This document shows positions 49,165 through 61,679 of a DNA stretch of 64,000 nucleotides, one piece after another. Position 1 is the first letter of the stretch. Each line of letters begins with the position of its first letter. Made by a program: the position numbers and the translations under genes. The notes beneath the pieces are model-generated. The model searched no databases and was not told the origin of the DNA. It saw only the letters and a list, made by a program, of their open reading frames with translations. Origin of the DNA: Luminiphilus sp. (GTDB taxonomy: Bacteria; Pseudomonadota; Gammaproteobacteria; Pseudomonadales; Halieaceae); NCBI GenBank assembly GCA_965658685.1, contig CBFHTF010000004.1, forward strand, positions 183-64,182, in the 5' to 3' direction.

Positions 49165-50814
49165 ATGGCCTATTCTGATGCTCTAGCGCCGGGGTGCCGC
49201 TCACCACAAGAGCGTGACGCTATATTGGCGCAACTGCCCGCTGAGACCTTGGATGTGTTGGTTATTGGCGCGGGTATCAATGGTGCGGTGGCTGCTGCCG
49301 CATTGGCAGATAGGGCCTGCCGGGTCGCTGTAGTCGACGGCGGTGATTTCAGTAGTGGCGTTAGCTCTCAGTCGAGTAACTTGGCATGGGGCGGCATTAA
49401 GTACCTGGAAGCAGGGGAGCTGCGACTGGTTCGCAAGCTCTGTCAATCACGTAACCAGTTAATGGACGCCTTTCCCTCGACGGTGAAAGAAATTCGATTC
49501 TTGGCCAGTGTGCGGCGTGGGTTTCGCTGGTGGTCCATCGTGCTCTGGTGTGGTGCATTATTGTACTGGTTGATGGGGGACAGGCGCTTATCGCCACCTC
49601 GCTATTTAACCGCTCGCGCCATTGCGCGCCGCGCACCGGTTGTTAATTCCACAGATATTGTGGGTGGTCTTGAGTATTCCGATGGCTATCTGCACGACAA
49701 CGATTCACGTTTTGTTTTCCGGTTTTTGCGAACAGCTATCGATCGAGGCGTGTTGGCAGCTAATTACATGCGTGTGGAGCGCCTTCGTTGGTGTGGCACT
49801 GAAGGCCGGTGGCAGGTCTTACTTAATGATCGAGTAAGTAATCGCTCACTTTCTGTTTATACAAAGTCGATAGTTAATGCTGCCGGGCCCGGTGCCGACC
49901 GCTTAAACGAGCAACTTGGTGTGGTGACCCAGCACCACCATGCCTTATCAAAGGGTATTCACCTGATTGTCGATCGGGTTACCGATATCGACAAAGTACT
50001 GACCTTCTTTGCCAGTGATGGTCGTCTGTTTTTTGTGATTCCCATGGGGCCCAAAACCTGTATTGGCACTACCGACACCCGCGTCGATCTGCCCTCGGTG
50101 ACGGTAACTCCGGCAGATAGAGATTTCGTGCTGGAGAATGCGAACAGATTACTGAGTCTTCCCAGACCGCTACCCACGGCAGATATTATCGCCGAGCGTG
50201 TCGGTGTTCGGCCGCTCGCCCTTGCTGGCAAAGTGGCACACGCTGACTGGACCCAGCTATCACGCAAGCACGAGATAGATATCGATTCAGAGCGCCGGGT
50301 ATTAAGTATATTCGGTGGCAAGCTGACGGATTGCATCAATGTCGGGGAAGAGGTCGCTTCACAGATCGCCGAGTGGGGTTTGGCAGCGCCGGTCGGTGTT
50401 CAGCCTTGGTACGGTGAGCCCGGCCCTGAAATACAAGCACAATTTATGGCCGCCGCTGCTGCCATAGCGCTCGATTCACTAACCCCAAAAGGCGCGCCAG
50501 AGCCGCTATCCCTACGTTATTGGCGTCGCTACGGCAGCGATGCTTTCGAGCTAATCACACTGATTGGCCAGGATCCTACCGAGGCCGAGCAGGTATTGCG
50601 TTGTGCCGACTATACCCGAGCGGAGCTTCGACTCACTGCCAAGCGAGAGATGATTGTGGACATTCAGGATTTTCTGCGTCGGCGATCAAAAATTGCTCAA
50701 GTGGTTCGGCTTGATGAGCTGTTAGCGGACTCCGGTTTGCCTGAGTTGGCCCAGCTGCTGATGGCGGAGTCGGCTTCTACCGCACTGGCTCAGTTACGCC
50801 AGGCCCGTGCATGA
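49165..50814 (+). CDS. FAD-dependent glycerol-3-phosphate dehydrogenase/oxidase-like oxidoreductase
   Basis: DVLVIGAGINGAVAAAAL Rossmann motif and SSQSSNLAWGGIKYLE, resembling GlpD TSSxSSKLIHGGLRYLE (from memory). Confidence 0.75.
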   Translation: MAYSDALAPGCRSPQERDAILAQLPAETLDVLVIGAGINGAVAAAALADRACRVAVVDGGDFSSGVSSQSSNLAWGGIKYLEAGELRLVRKLCQSRNQLMDAFPSTVKEIRFLASVRRGFRWWSIVLWCGALLYWLMGDRRLSPPRYLTARAIARRAPVVNSTDIVGGLEYSDGYLHDNDSRFVFRFLRTAIDRGVLAANYMRVERLRWCGTEGRWQVLLNDRVSNRSLSVYTKSIVNAAGPGADRLNEQLGVVTQHHHALSKGIHLIVDRVTDIDKVLTFFASDGRLFFVIPMGPKTCIGTTDTRVDLPSVTVTPADRDFVLENANRLLSLPRPLPTADIIAERVGVRPLALAGKVAHADWTQLSRKHEIDIDSERRVLSIFGGKLTDCINVGEEVASQIAEWGLAAPVGVQPWYGEPGPEIQAQFMAAAAAIALDSLTPKGAPEPLSLRYWRRYGSDAFELITLIGQDPTEAEQVLRCADYTRAELRLTAKREMIVDIQDFLRRRSKIAQVVRLDELLADSGLPELAQLLMAESASTALAQLRQARA

Positions 50815-51002
50815 GCGCCTAAAAATAATTTGATATGTAACTAAAAAATTCCGCTAAAGCCTTGGTCCCCTTGGTTTTTTTAAAGAAAAAAACGCATATT
50901 GCAGCTATTTAGCGAATAAATACAGCAAATTTCCTTGATGTTTCTTTCGGCGGCTATTAGGATGCGCGCAAATTGATTTGAACACAAAGTAATAGGTTTC
51001 CA
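50815..51002 (+). promoter_or_regulatory. AT-rich ect upstream region (promoter not mapped)
   Basis: This 188-bp spacer is the most AT-rich stretch of the window and contains several A/T tracts. It lies upstream of ectA. No specific -35/-10 is asserted. Confidence 0.35.
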
Positions 51003-52864
<1,862 letters not shown>

Positions 52865-52928
52865 ATGTTACCCCTTTAAGCCACCTAGTGCGTGTCAGTT
52901 ACACCACGAAAACGGGAGATCGCCGCCG

Positions 52929-53324
52929 ATGATTGTACGAGATTTAGCCACCGCTGAAGCTACCGAACGCCGAGTCATTGACCCCCATGGTAATTGGGAG
53001 AGTACACGTCTGTTGCTGCGTGATGATGGCATGGGCTTTTCATTCCATGTCACCACGATATACGCGGGCAAGCGTTTCCGGATGCACTACAAGCATCATT
53101 TGGAATCGGTTTATTGCATCTCGGGTCGAGGCAGTATTTTGTGTTTGGCCGACAACAGCAGGTACGACATTGGCCCCGGCACCATGTACGCCTTGGACCT
53201 GCACGATGAGCACATATTAAGCGCAGAGACAGATTGTGTGTTTGCCTGTGTATTCAATCCCCCTGTCACTGGTGCCGAGGTACACAATGCAGAGGGCGCC
53301 TATGACTTACCTGAAATATCCTGA
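52929..53324 (+). CDS. ectC: L-ectoine synthase
   Basis: MIVRDL....[21 protein letters not shown] cupin pattern. ATG 52929 is the real start of the longer ORF. Confidence 0.93.
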   Translation: MIVRDLATAEATERRVIDPHGNWESTRLLLRDDGMGFSFHVTTIYAGKRFRMHYKHHLESVYCISGRGSILCLADNSRYDIGPGTMYALDLHDEHILSAETDCVFACVFNPPVTGAEVHNAEGAYDLPEIS

Positions 53325-53335
53325 GGAGAGCATTT

Positions 53336-54832
53336 GTGCTGCCTGTAGCCACCTCATCTGAGCCGGATCGTTTACCACTTATCGAGCGTCACACCGTTGA
53401 GAAAATCGGCGGTACGTCAATGTCTGATTACTGTGCTGTGCGTGACAACATCGTATTGGCCGGTGGTGGTCCTGAAAATGCCTTTGGGCGTGTTTTTGTG
53501 GTTTCAGCTTATGGCGGAGTTACCGACCGGTTGTTGGAGCATAAAAAGTCTGGCGAAGCTGGTGTTTATGCACTGTTTCGAGAAACCGATGCCGATGGTG
53601 GTGATGGTTGCTGGCGGGATGCACTCGCTTCATTGCGCACCTACTTCCAATCGATCAACGCCACCTTATTCGATGATCCAATTACCCTGCGTATTGCCAA
53701 TAAAACGATTGGTGACAAAGTGGATATCGTCGAGCAGTGTCTCGCCAATTTAGAGACCTTGTGTAGCCATGGACACTTCAGCCTAGAAACTCAGCTATCT
53801 TCGGTACGCGAAATGCTGGCGAGCTTGGGGGAGGCGCACAGTGCTTGGAATCTGGTTCGTTGTTTACAGCGTGATGGCATTGCAGCGACCCTAGTTGACC
53901 TTACGGGTTGGTCTGACAGTCAAGACATGGAGCTGGATGAGCGCATCGATAGTGCCTTCCGTGACCTTGATGTGGCCAACTGTGTGCCGATTGTGACGGG
54001 TTACGCACGCAGCCGCGATGGCCTGCTCGCGCGCTTTGATCGAGGCTATAGCGAAATGACGTTCAGCCGCATTGCTGTGTTAACCCGGGCTCGCGAGGCC
54101 ATTATTCACAAGGAATATCATCTGAGCTCTGCTGATCCCCGAATCGTCGGCGTTGATCAGGTCGTTCCCATTGGTCGCACCAATTACGACGTTGCCGATC
54201 AATTATCGGCGTTGGGCATGGAGGCAATTCACCCGCAAGCTGCCCGAGGCCTGCGTGAGCAGAATATCCCTCTGCGCATCAAAAACACTTTTGAGCCAGA
54301 GCATGCCGGTACGTTGATAACGGCAAACTACGTGAGCCCGGGTCCCTGTGTCGAAATTGTGGCTGGATGTCGCGGCGTGCATGCCATTGAGCACTTCGAT
54401 CAAGATATGGTGGGTCAAATTGGCGGGCGCGATCAAAAGCTGCTTGCATTGATGACACGCCATGGCGCCCGGGTTGTCTCAAAAGATGTAAACGCCAACA
54501 CCATTACCCACTATGTATCGTGCAGTTTAAAACGCTTGAAGCGGATCATCCGTGACATGGAGCAGGATTTCCCGTCGGCGACGGTCACCGCGCAACGCGT
54601 CGCGCTGGTTTCTGCCATTGGCAGCGATCTGGCACTGCCGGGCTTGCTCGCTGATACGGCAGCGGCGTTCTGTGCAGCGGGAATCAACATCTCTGCCGTC
54701 CATCAAAGTCGACGTCAAATTGACATGCGCTTTGTTATTGCGGAAGCCGACTACAAAGCAGCTGTTGCGGCCTTGCATCGTTGCTTGGTGGAATCCAAAG
54801 ATCATGGCAGCACCATCGCAAAAGCATCCTAA
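53336..54832 (+). CDS. ask: Aspartate kinase, ectoine-cluster type
   Basis: VEKIGGTSMSDY kinase start motif and C-terminal ACT-like repeats. Immediately downstream of ectC, as in ectABC-ask clusters. Confidence 0.85.
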   Translation: MLPVATSSEPDRLPLIERHTVEKIGGTSMSDYCAVRDNIVLAGGGPENAFGRVFVVSAYGGVTDRLLEHKKSGEAGVYALFRETDADGGDGCWRDALASLRTYFQSINATLFDDPITLRIANKTIGDKVDIVEQCLANLETLCSHGHFSLETQLSSVREMLASLGEAHSAWNLVRCLQRDGIAATLVDLTGWSDSQDMELDERIDSAFRDLDVANCVPIVTGYARSRDGLLARFDRGYSEMTFSRIAVLTRAREAIIHKEYHLSSADPRIVGVDQVVPIGRTNYDVADQLSALGMEAIHPQAARGLREQNIPLRIKNTFEPEHAGTLITANYVSPGPCVEIVAGCRGVHAIEHFDQDMVGQIGGRDQKLLALMTRHGARVVSKDVNANTITHYVSCSLKRLKRIIRDMEQDFPSATVTAQRVALVSAIGSDLALPGLLADTAAAFCAAGINISAVHQSRRQIDMRFVIAEADYKAAVAALHRCLVESKDHGSTIAKAS

Positions 54833-54835
54833 ACG

Positions 54836-55375
54836 CTAACTTTCCGCGCTGGCGTTTGAGCCGATAAGTGCCGCTCGAAGCTCGGGCCTTGTCGTTGTTG
54901 GGGCGAGCCAGATACCGGCGAAATCTTCGCCGAATTGGCTATCGCTAATTTGCCCCACAACGGAGCCATTGAAACTGAAGGTAGATGTGCCCGCTGTGTC
55001 GAGGTCGAGAGTGATGACGTCGTTGTCGGCGACATCGGGCCAGAACGCCTCTAGTTGTGTTAACCAATCGGCGTGTTGTGGACTCATAACGCCCTGGGCT
55101 TGCCACTCTTTACGGGTTTGTTTCACAAGATCTTTAGCTTTGATGTTGCGTAGATAGCGAATTTCTAAACGCAGCGGTCGCACCCCTGGTCGATAGTCCC
55201 CTTGAGGTGCATAGAGAGTGGAATCGTAGACATCCCAAAACATGACGGTAAGTCGTGCTTCGCCACATTTTTCCAGTACCTCGGCTTGGTTGGGAAGGGT
55301 GTTGGCAGCACTGTTGATCGGTCCGATTCCAGAGCAAAGCCCAATGACAATTAACAGTAAACGTAACAGATACAT
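54836..55375 (-). CDS. Chalcone-isomerase-like periplasmic protein
   Basis: Signal peptide MYLLRLLLIVIGLCSG.. and LRLEIRYLRNIKAKDLV pattern seen in bacterial CHI-like proteins. Start at ATG 55375 rather than the maximal ORF. Family call tentative. Confidence 0.5.
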   Translation of the reverse strand: MYLLRLLLIVIGLCSGIGPINSAANTLPNQAEVLEKCGEARLTVMFWDVYDSTLYAPQGDYRPGVRPLRLEIRYLRNIKAKDLVKQTRKEWQAQGVMSPQHADWLTQLEAFWPDVADNDVITLDLDTAGTSTFSFNGSVVGQISDSQFGEDFAGIWLAPTTTRPELRAALIGSNASAES

Positions 55376-55425
55376 GTGTTGTCTCCCTAAATGGGTCGTC
55401 CTGAGGTGATGACAGGCCCTGCTTA

Positions 55426-55968
55426 TTAGCTGCAACGCCGCTCGCTTTGAGCGCGTGATAGCCGGAACAAAACCGGTAACAGCACCGCCCAAGTTGCCAT
55501 GAGAGCAATCGCTGTGGTGGTTGCATCGAGGGGTAATGATACCGCGCCAAATCCTGCACCGGCACCGTAATTGAAGGGTACTGCAATGCCTCCTACCAGC
55601 GCCGCAAGCCAATAACGTTTACCCAAAAATGCGAATGCACGGGTGAGGGTTGTGGCAAATGCCACCCACAACAAGCACAACCAAATGGGCACTAACTGGG
55701 TCCCAAAATCGAAAACACCTAGGGCACTGAGTAGGCTATCAACGACCACCCCAAGCGCTACTATTGGCGCTAACTCGGCGGCTTCCTGTCGCGGTGACGC
55801 CACTAATGTAAAGTGCAACGCGATGAGTGCCAGTACCAGTGGCGTAAATGCGTCTCGGCCCAACACACAGACCAACCAAGTGATTTGAAACCACATAGCG
55901 TTGAACCAGGTCTTATCTACAAGTTCCCGGGAGCGTGCTTGGCGCCAGATGTTAAGGATTGTATTCAC
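55426..55968 (-). CDS. DUF2878-like integral membrane protein
   Basis: 180 aa with 5-6 hydrophobic helices, adjacent to a CHI-like gene as commonly seen for DUF2878. Family call tentative. Confidence 0.5.
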   Translation of the reverse strand: MNTILNIWRQARSRELVDKTWFNAMWFQITWLVCVLGRDAFTPLVLALIALHFTLVASPRQEAAELAPIVALGVVVDSLLSALGVFDFGTQLVPIWLCLLWVAFATTLTRAFAFLGKRYWLAALVGGIAVPFNYGAGAGFGAVSLPLDATTTAIALMATWAVLLPVLFRLSRAQSERRCS

Positions 55969-56028
55969 ACGTTGAATACGGACGCATGGGGGCGACAGAT
56001 CATCGCCCCCATCCCAGTGGCATAGGGG

Positions 56029-57465
56029 TTAGCAGCTAATACCGAACGCCTTGGCAGTCTTGTCTAAGGCCATAGTCAGTGTGTTGATGAGCATATCAAC
56101 TTCTGCAATTTCGGTGACATAAGGTGGGGACATAATCATCGCATCACCGGTTTGTCGCACCATTAGCCCGGCGCCAATTGCCTGATCACGACAGAAAACT
56201 GCAGCTGCCGAGTCGGGGGCGAGACGTGTGCGCGCCTGCTTGTCGCGCACCAGCTCAACTGCGGCTACCAAGCCCTTGCAGCGCACCTGTCCTACAATAG
56301 GATGGTCTACTAGCTCTTGTAGGCGTGACGCAAAGTAAGGCGCTAGGGTTTGGCTGCTTTTTTCAAGGATGTCCGTGTCTTCGTAGAGTGCCATGGTGGC
56401 TAAGCCCGCAGCGCAGGACGCGGGATGCCCAGAGTAAGTTAAACCATGGGCAAACTCGCCGCCTTGTGACAGCAGGACATCGGCTACCTTATCACTGATT
56501 AAACTCCCACCCAGTGGCATGTAACCGTTAGTTACGCCTTTGGCAAAGGTGATTAAATCTGGGCTTGTGCCATAGGTGTCACAGCCAAACCATTGTCCTG
56601 TTCGACCGAACCCACAAATAACTTCATCCGATATGAAGAGGATATCGCGTTCTTCGAGAATGCGTCTGACCTCGGGCCAATAGCTATCAGGAGGTATGAT
56701 TACCCCGCCAGCCCCTTGGATTGGTTCGGCAATAAATGCCGCCACCTGATCTTCACCCAGCGTATCAATGGCTGTCTCGAGCTCTCGCGCAGCGAGTATC
56801 CCGTATTCCTGCTCACTGAGGTCACCACCGTTTTCAAACCAGTGGGGTTGGTTGATGTGGTGAACGTAGTCGAGCCCCATTGTTTGTTGATGCATGGCGC
56901 TCATGCCACCCAGTGAGCTCGCTGCAATCGTAGAGCCGTGATAAGCATTTTTCCGGCTAATAATCTGCTTTTTGTTGGGCTTGCCCAGCAAATCAAAATA
57001 GCGGTGTACCAATTTGATTTGTGTGTCGTTGGCTTCCGACCCAGAGTTTGTAAAGAAGACATGTTGAAACCTGTCCGCTGATAGTTGGCACAGCTTGCTG
57101 GCCAGCTCTACGGCGGGTTGATTCGAGCATCTGAAGAAGTTGTTGTAAAAGGGGAGCTCATGTAACTGAGCGGCTACCGCTTCTTTAATTCTTGACTGGC
57201 TATAGCCTAAGTTGCAACACCACAAACCCGACATGGCATCCTGAATACGGTTGCCGTCTGAGTCATAAATATAGACGTGCTCTGCACGGCTGATGATACG
57301 CCCACCATTGGCGGCATAGTCGTGGAAGTCGGTGAACGGATGCAGGTGATGGGCCTGATCTAACTGTTTTAGGGTTGCGGTATCGAATGTTGCGGTCACG
57401 ACCAATCTCCTTTGGGGCTGCGTCGACATGAAGCGTGATGCTAATCCTTTCATAACAACCGCCAT
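56029..57465 (-). CDS. Class III (omega) aminotransferase
   Basis: [31 protein letters not shown] and [13 protein letters not shown] (PLP lysine) motifs. Start uncertain (ATG 57465, 57453 or 57429). Confidence 0.88.
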   Translation of the reverse strand: MAVVMKGLASRFMSTQPQRRLVVTATFDTATLKQLDQAHHLHPFTDFHDYAANGGRIISRAEHVYIYDSDGNRIQDAMSGLWCCNLGYSQSRIKEAVAAQLHELPFYNNFFRCSNQPAVELASKLCQLSADRFQHVFFTNSGSEANDTQIKLVHRYFDLLGKPNKKQIISRKNAYHGSTIAASSLGGMSAMHQQTMGLDYVHHINQPHWFENGGDLSEQEYGILAARELETAIDTLGEDQVAAFIAEPIQGAGGVIIPPDSYWPEVRRILEERDILFISDEVICGFGRTGQWFGCDTYGTSPDLITFAKGVTNGYMPLGGSLISDKVADVLLSQGGEFAHGLTYSGHPASCAAGLATMALYEDTDILEKSSQTLAPYFASRLQELVDHPIVGQVRCKGLVAAVELVRDKQARTRLAPDSAAAVFCRDQAIGAGLMVRQTGDAMIMSPPYVTEIAEVDMLINTLTMALDKTAKAFGISC

Positions 57466-57556
57466 TGGACATTACCCCTTTCGGGCAGGCTTTTGTTTTG
57501 GCACGTACAAAAACGCCGGCATCAGCCGGCGTCAAAGAGGGGTCGATGTGCTGCCG

Positions 57557-59905
57557 TTAGTCCCAGCTCATGCCGGCCATGACACCGAGTGTTCGCGGAC
57601 GCATGGGGCCAAAGAAGTGAGAGGGCACGAGACCGCCATTGGCGTTGTAACCATCCCAAGTGAATTCATCGAACAGATTTTCTGCGTAGGCGCGCACATA
57701 CCAATTGTTGTCTGATTCAAAGCCGATGCGAAGGTTGGCAATGGCGAAAGCATCGATGTAGCCCTCTGGATTGTCTTCCCAGCCGCCACCGCGCTCGCTT
57801 TCATAGAACATCTCAAAATTACCCGTGATGCTGCCGCCCTGAACTGGGAAGCGCGCGTCGAGTTTGCCGGCGGCCGTCACTTCTGGCGCCCAGAACAAGC
57901 GGCGTCCTTCACAGCCATTCGGGTCTTCTAGGCCACAGATGTCCTGGATACCCGTTGCTTCTGTATCAAGGTAACCGCCTGCTAAATAAAGGGTCCAATT
58001 ATCGTTGAGTGCAACAGTGACGGACGCCTCTATGCCTTGACCGTCGGTTTCGCCGACGTTGAGCACTCGACCCGAGAAATTTTCATACTCTTCGATAAAG
58101 ACGTAATTGATGACCTGCATATCTTGGTAGGTGTAACTAAACACGGTCAGATCAAAGTTGCCGGCACCCTCAAGGAAGCTCGTTTTAAAGCCCATCTCAT
58201 AGGAGTCTACTGTTTCCGGCTCGAACGTACCCGGAAGGAAGCCGTCGGCTGCTGTGACTTCGGCACCGGGGCTTGGAATGGCGCCTGTCATTGGGTTTTC
58301 CAACCAAAAGCTACCAAAACCACCCGATTTAAACCCTTGTGTGTAGCTGGCAAACAACATGGCATCGTCGTTAACCGCATAGGTCGCCAGGGCCCTTGTG
58401 GTCACATCGTCCCAACTGCGGGTATCGGTGATGTGGTCGTCGGTAGAGAAACCGTAGGTGAAGTAAGGGCCAAGGTAGCTCTCGGGGGCCGGCACCCAAG
58501 TACTAAAGGTCTTCTCGTCTTCGGTGTAACGCACCCCAAGCTCGAGGTTCAGCCGATCGGTAACGTCCATATCGACGTTAACGTAAGCGGCATAGCCCGT
58601 GTATTTACCGTTAATACGTCCTATTTCAGTGAGATTACCGTCCGCTGAGCTATAGAAATCGTAATAGTAATCACTACAGCCCGTGTAGAAATCATAGCCG
58701 TACAGTTCCGCGTAAGGATTCAGGTAGTACTGGCACATCAGGTCCTCTGAGCCAATATTACGGAATTCGGCGTCCAGTTCTTCGCGGTAGTAACTGGCAC
58801 CGGCGTACCACCCCAGCGGCCCATCGGCGTTCGAGGTAAGGCGGAATTCCTGCTGCAGGTATTCGCCACTTTGGTCATACTGGAAGTTACTGACTACCAG
58901 CGGTGTGCCATCGTAGTCTTCTTTGTAGAAGTAGTCGTGGTCTTTGAAGCCAGTGTTAGAGGTCAGTGTGGCAAATCCAAGATCGTACTGAATGAACATG
59001 CCCAAGGTGAGGATGTCGGCATCATCTTGGTTGCCCACGCTGAGATCGGAATCCAGTTCTTCGTTGGAGCCGGCAAGGGCGGTGTCATCGACAATATAGG
59101 CGTCAAACGTGTCCCAAATATCGCCGGTGTCGATGGCGCGATACATAGAGCCCGACTGCTCACGCTCTTCGTATTCAACAAGCGTATCGATCGTTAAACG
59201 CTCGGTTTCAAATTTTGTCGACCAGCGCAGCGCCCACTTGTCATGCTCGATTTCATCGCGGTTGGTCGCGGCGTTGTAGGCAAAGCCGTCTTCCTTTGAG
59301 TAATAACCCGACAGACGCGTTGCAAGGTTTTCCCCCAGTGGGATGTTAATGGCACCCTCACCAACCGCGTGGCCTCGCTGGCCTACGTCGATATCAATAT
59401 AGCCGTCGTTGCTACCGATAGCCGCTTTGGTGGTGTAAACGCTGAAGGCACCAGCAATGGCATTACGGCCGAACAGGAAACCTTGGGGACCGCGCAAAAT
59501 TTCAGCGCGATCAATGTCATAGAGACTGGTGACTACAGCGCCGTTGCGACCTTCGTAGAGGTCATTTTTGAAGAATCCAGCCGAGGGGTCGCCACCCACA
59601 CCGAAGTCTTGGCTTCGTACCCCACGCACACTCACGGCGTCGATGTAAGAGTCTTGGGAGTTACCGCTGACGCCTGGGGTGTAGGAAATGAGATCTTTCA
59701 CATCATTTAAGTTGGTGCCCAGCACGAAGTCGCCAGATAGGGCAGTGATGGCGAGGGGAACGTCCATGACACTGGATTCCCGCTTGGTGGCGGTAACCAC
59801 TACTTCCTCGAGCATTTGAGCTCGGGCGCTTGTGCCAGTTGTGAGAGTAGCTACCGCAATCGGCAATGCCAGTTTGCGGAAGGTGGGGGAATAGCGATGG
59901 CTCAT
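57557..59905 (-). CDS. TonB-dependent receptor
   Basis: Signal peptide, TonB-box region EEVVVTATKRE, plug motifs (AEILRGPQGFLFGRNAIAGAFSV), long barrel, and terminal ..GMSWD region after FFGPMRPRTLGV. Confidence 0.92.
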   Translation of the reverse strand: MSHRYSPTFRKLALPIAVATLTTGTSARAQMLEEVVVTATKRESSVMDVPLAITALSGDFVLGTNLNDVKDLISYTPGVSGNSQDSYIDAVSVRGVRSQDFGVGGDPSAGFFKNDLYEGRNGAVVTSLYDIDRAEILRGPQGFLFGRNAIAGAFSVYTTKAAIGSNDGYIDIDVGQRGHAVGEGAINIPLGENLATRLSGYYSKEDGFAYNAATNRDEIEHDKWALRWSTKFETERLTIDTLVEYEEREQSGSMYRAIDTGDIWDTFDAYIVDDTALAGSNEELDSDLSVGNQDDADILTLGMFIQYDLGFATLTSNTGFKDHDYFYKEDYDGTPLVVSNFQYDQSGEYLQQEFRLTSNADGPLGWYAGASYYREELDAEFRNIGSEDLMCQYYLNPYAELYGYDFYTGCSDYYYDFYSSADGNLTEIGRINGKYTGYAAYVNVDMDVTDRLNLELGVRYTEDEKTFSTWVPAPESYLGPYFTYGFSTDDHITDTRSWDDVTTRALATYAVNDDAMLFASYTQGFKSGGFGSFWLENPMTGAIPSPGAEVTAADGFLPGTFEPETVDSYEMGFKTSFLEGAGNFDLTVFSYTYQDMQVINYVFIEEYENFSGRVLNVGETDGQGIEASVTVALNDNWTLYLAGGYLDTEATGIQDICGLEDPNGCEGRRLFWAPEVTAAGKLDARFPVQGGSITGNFEMFYESERGGGWEDNPEGYIDAFAIANLRIGFESDNNWYVRAYAENLFDEFTWDGYNANGGLVPSHFFGPMRPRTLGVMAGMSWD

Positions 59906-60061
59906 GCGTTAACTCCTCGGCCAAGGGAAAAGGGACAGGACCCTGCTTATGCTGTTGCTCTGGTCTCGTGGCAACGCTTGTGGCGTGCTCGTGTGCCGAG
60001 TATGCGCTGATACTTTGGGTGCAGGGGTGCTACGCGAAAAGTAGCAAGTGACTGAACACCT

Positions 60062-60090
60062 TGTATAGGGTATTGACACGTAAATGTCAC
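60062..60090 (-). promoter_or_regulatory. Candidate sigma70-type promoter for the receptor gene
   Basis: Minus strand reads GTGACA - 17 nt - TATACA. It overlaps a TGACA-N6-TGTCA inverted repeat (60074-60089) and would give a leader of about 150 nt. Prediction by eye only. Confidence 0.3.
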
Positions 60091-60104
60091 AAATTCCCGT
60101 AGGT

Positions 60105-61679
60105 TCAATGCTCGAGTGGAATACCTTGGACGTTGAGTTCTGCAACCATTGGCTGGAGTTGGCTTTCATAGCGTCGCCAGCGACCGATGGAGCGGGTATG
60201 TGCGGGTTCGCGCACTTGTACAGCGCTGGCGGTAGCGACCCCTTTATTTGAACTGTGAAAGTTGAGGCAAGCATCTTCCCATGGCAGATTCAATGCCTCT
60301 ATGAGACGGCGCGCGTTGGGTTCAAGATTGCTAGCAGTGTCTTCATAGCTAACGTCAATAATGCGCTCTGGAAACTCTCTGTGCCAATGGGCCATCAATT
60401 TCTGGTAGCGCGCATGATGTCTGGCCATCTCTTGCTGATCGTAAGAGTGCAGGTACGCATCGGCAAACAATTGCTTGAAACTGGCGAAGCAGGCATCCAT
60501 AGGGTTTCTGACCAAGTGCACAATGCGTGCATTAGGTAAAGCGGCCAGTATCAGTGGCACGTACAGGTAGTTGAGCGGTAGTTTGTCGACAAAACGAGGA
60601 CTTTTGCCGCGCATGCGTGCCGCGGTTCTGAGATATGTTTCTCCGATCTCTGCCGGTGGCAAGTGCGCTGCCGCTTCAAATAAGGCTGCGCTGAAGCGCT
60701 TGGGATCGCGGTGCTGGCTCAGGCGTCGAATGGCAAGTCCAAACTGCTGTAGTTCACCGGCCGAATGCACCTGTGAATGACTCGTAATAATCCGCTCGAT
60801 CAGTGTGGTACCCGTCCGGGGCTGCCCGAGCACAAAAATAGGTGCATCACTGGGGTGGCCGGGGCTGGTTTGGGTCAGCCATTCGGCTGTATACGTGCTG
60901 TGCAGGGTATCGAACATGGCTTGCTCGGCGGTCTCGTCGAACTCTACCGTCTGTCGTCGAGCTGTAGCACCCGCGGCGAATGCATTGAACGCTTCAGGCC
61001 AGCATTTTAAGTCTTCGTATTCTTTGCCTATAGCGTAGTGCAGAAAGCCCATTGCGCGAGGGTTATTGCTGTTGCGCTCTAGCAGCGGGCGCATTACGTC
61101 GATATGGTCAGTGCTAGTTGCTTTGACAGCATTGGCAAGCCCCCAATGGCCTTGGGGTGAGTTGGGTTGCAGAGCAATGACATCTTGGAAGATGGCACTG
61201 GCGGTCTCAATATCCCCTAAAAATACTAACGTGTTCGCCAAATTCATCATGAACTGCGGCGTCTTGGGTGACAGTACGTTGGCTCTCGCGAAGAATGCCT
61301 TGGCGGTTTCGTACTCGCCGAGTTGAGTGAGTACCGCACCAATGGTGTCAAGCACCACTGGATCGGTGGGCTTGATTCTGCGGGTTTCGTGCAACGCCTG
61401 CTCGGCGGCCGCAATACGTCCTTCAGAGGCATGTAATCGTGCCAGTTGTGCCCAGGCCGCCGCGTGGTTGGCATCTAGAGCAACTACCGACCGGAAAGCC
61501 CGGTGGGCGTTGGCTCTATCTTCGGCCTCGAGGGCCACCAAGCCGACTAAAAAATGTGCGGCCGGCGCTTTGGGATCAAGCTTTACAGCGGATTCACAGG
61601 CTTGTCCCGCTGTGGTCAGATCACCCTGGTTCAACGCGGAAAACCCGTCAGATAGCAGGGTTTTTAGCTCGGCATTCAC
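60105..61679 (-). CDS. TPR repeat-containing sulfotransferase (TPST/RaxST-like)
   Basis: About 270-aa TPR region, then FVLGQPRTGTTLIERII (PAPS loop), RNPMDACFAS and TASAVQVREPAHTRSIGRWRRYESQL. GTG start overlaps the LuxR-family stop (GTGA). Confidence 0.85.
   Translation of the reverse strand: MNAELKTLLSDGFSALNQGDLTTAGQACESAVKLDPKAPAAHFLVGLVALEAEDRANAHRAFRSVVALDANHAAAWAQLARLHASEGRIAAAEQALHETRRIKPTDPVVLDTIGAVLTQLGEYETAKAFFARANVLSPKTPQFMMNLANTLVFLGDIETASAIFQDVIALQPNSPQGHWGLANAVKATSTDHIDVMRPLLERNSNNPRAMGFLHYAIGKEYEDLKCWPEAFNAFAAGATARRQTVEFDETAEQAMFDTLHSTYTAEWLTQTSPGHPSDAPIFVLGQPRTGTTLIERIITSHSQVHSAGELQQFGLAIRRLSQHRDPKRFSAALFEAAAHLPPAEIGETYLRTAARMRGKSPRFVDKLPLNYLYVPLILAALPNARIVHLVRNPMDACFASFKQLFADAYLHSYDQQEMARHHARYQKLMAHWHREFPERIIDVSYEDTASNLEPNARRLIEALNLPWEDACLNFHSSNKGVATASAVQVREPAHTRSIGRWRRYESQLQPMVAELNVQGIPLEH

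Noticed and set aside
59866-60051. 61-aa Cys-rich plus-strand ORF (..CLCCCSGLVATLVACSCAEY..) as a possible peptide substrate next to the sulfotransferase genes.
   Set aside because: It overlaps the receptor start codon and its leader on the opposite strand, has no Shine-Dalgarno, and a neighbouring frame gives a similar-length ORF. It is most likely noise and worth only a quick conservation check.
59906-60104. Cobalamin, TPP or another riboswitch upstream of the TonB-dependent receptor.
   Set aside because: I could not find a B12 box or other conserved riboswitch core by eye. This remains unverified without a covariance-model scan.
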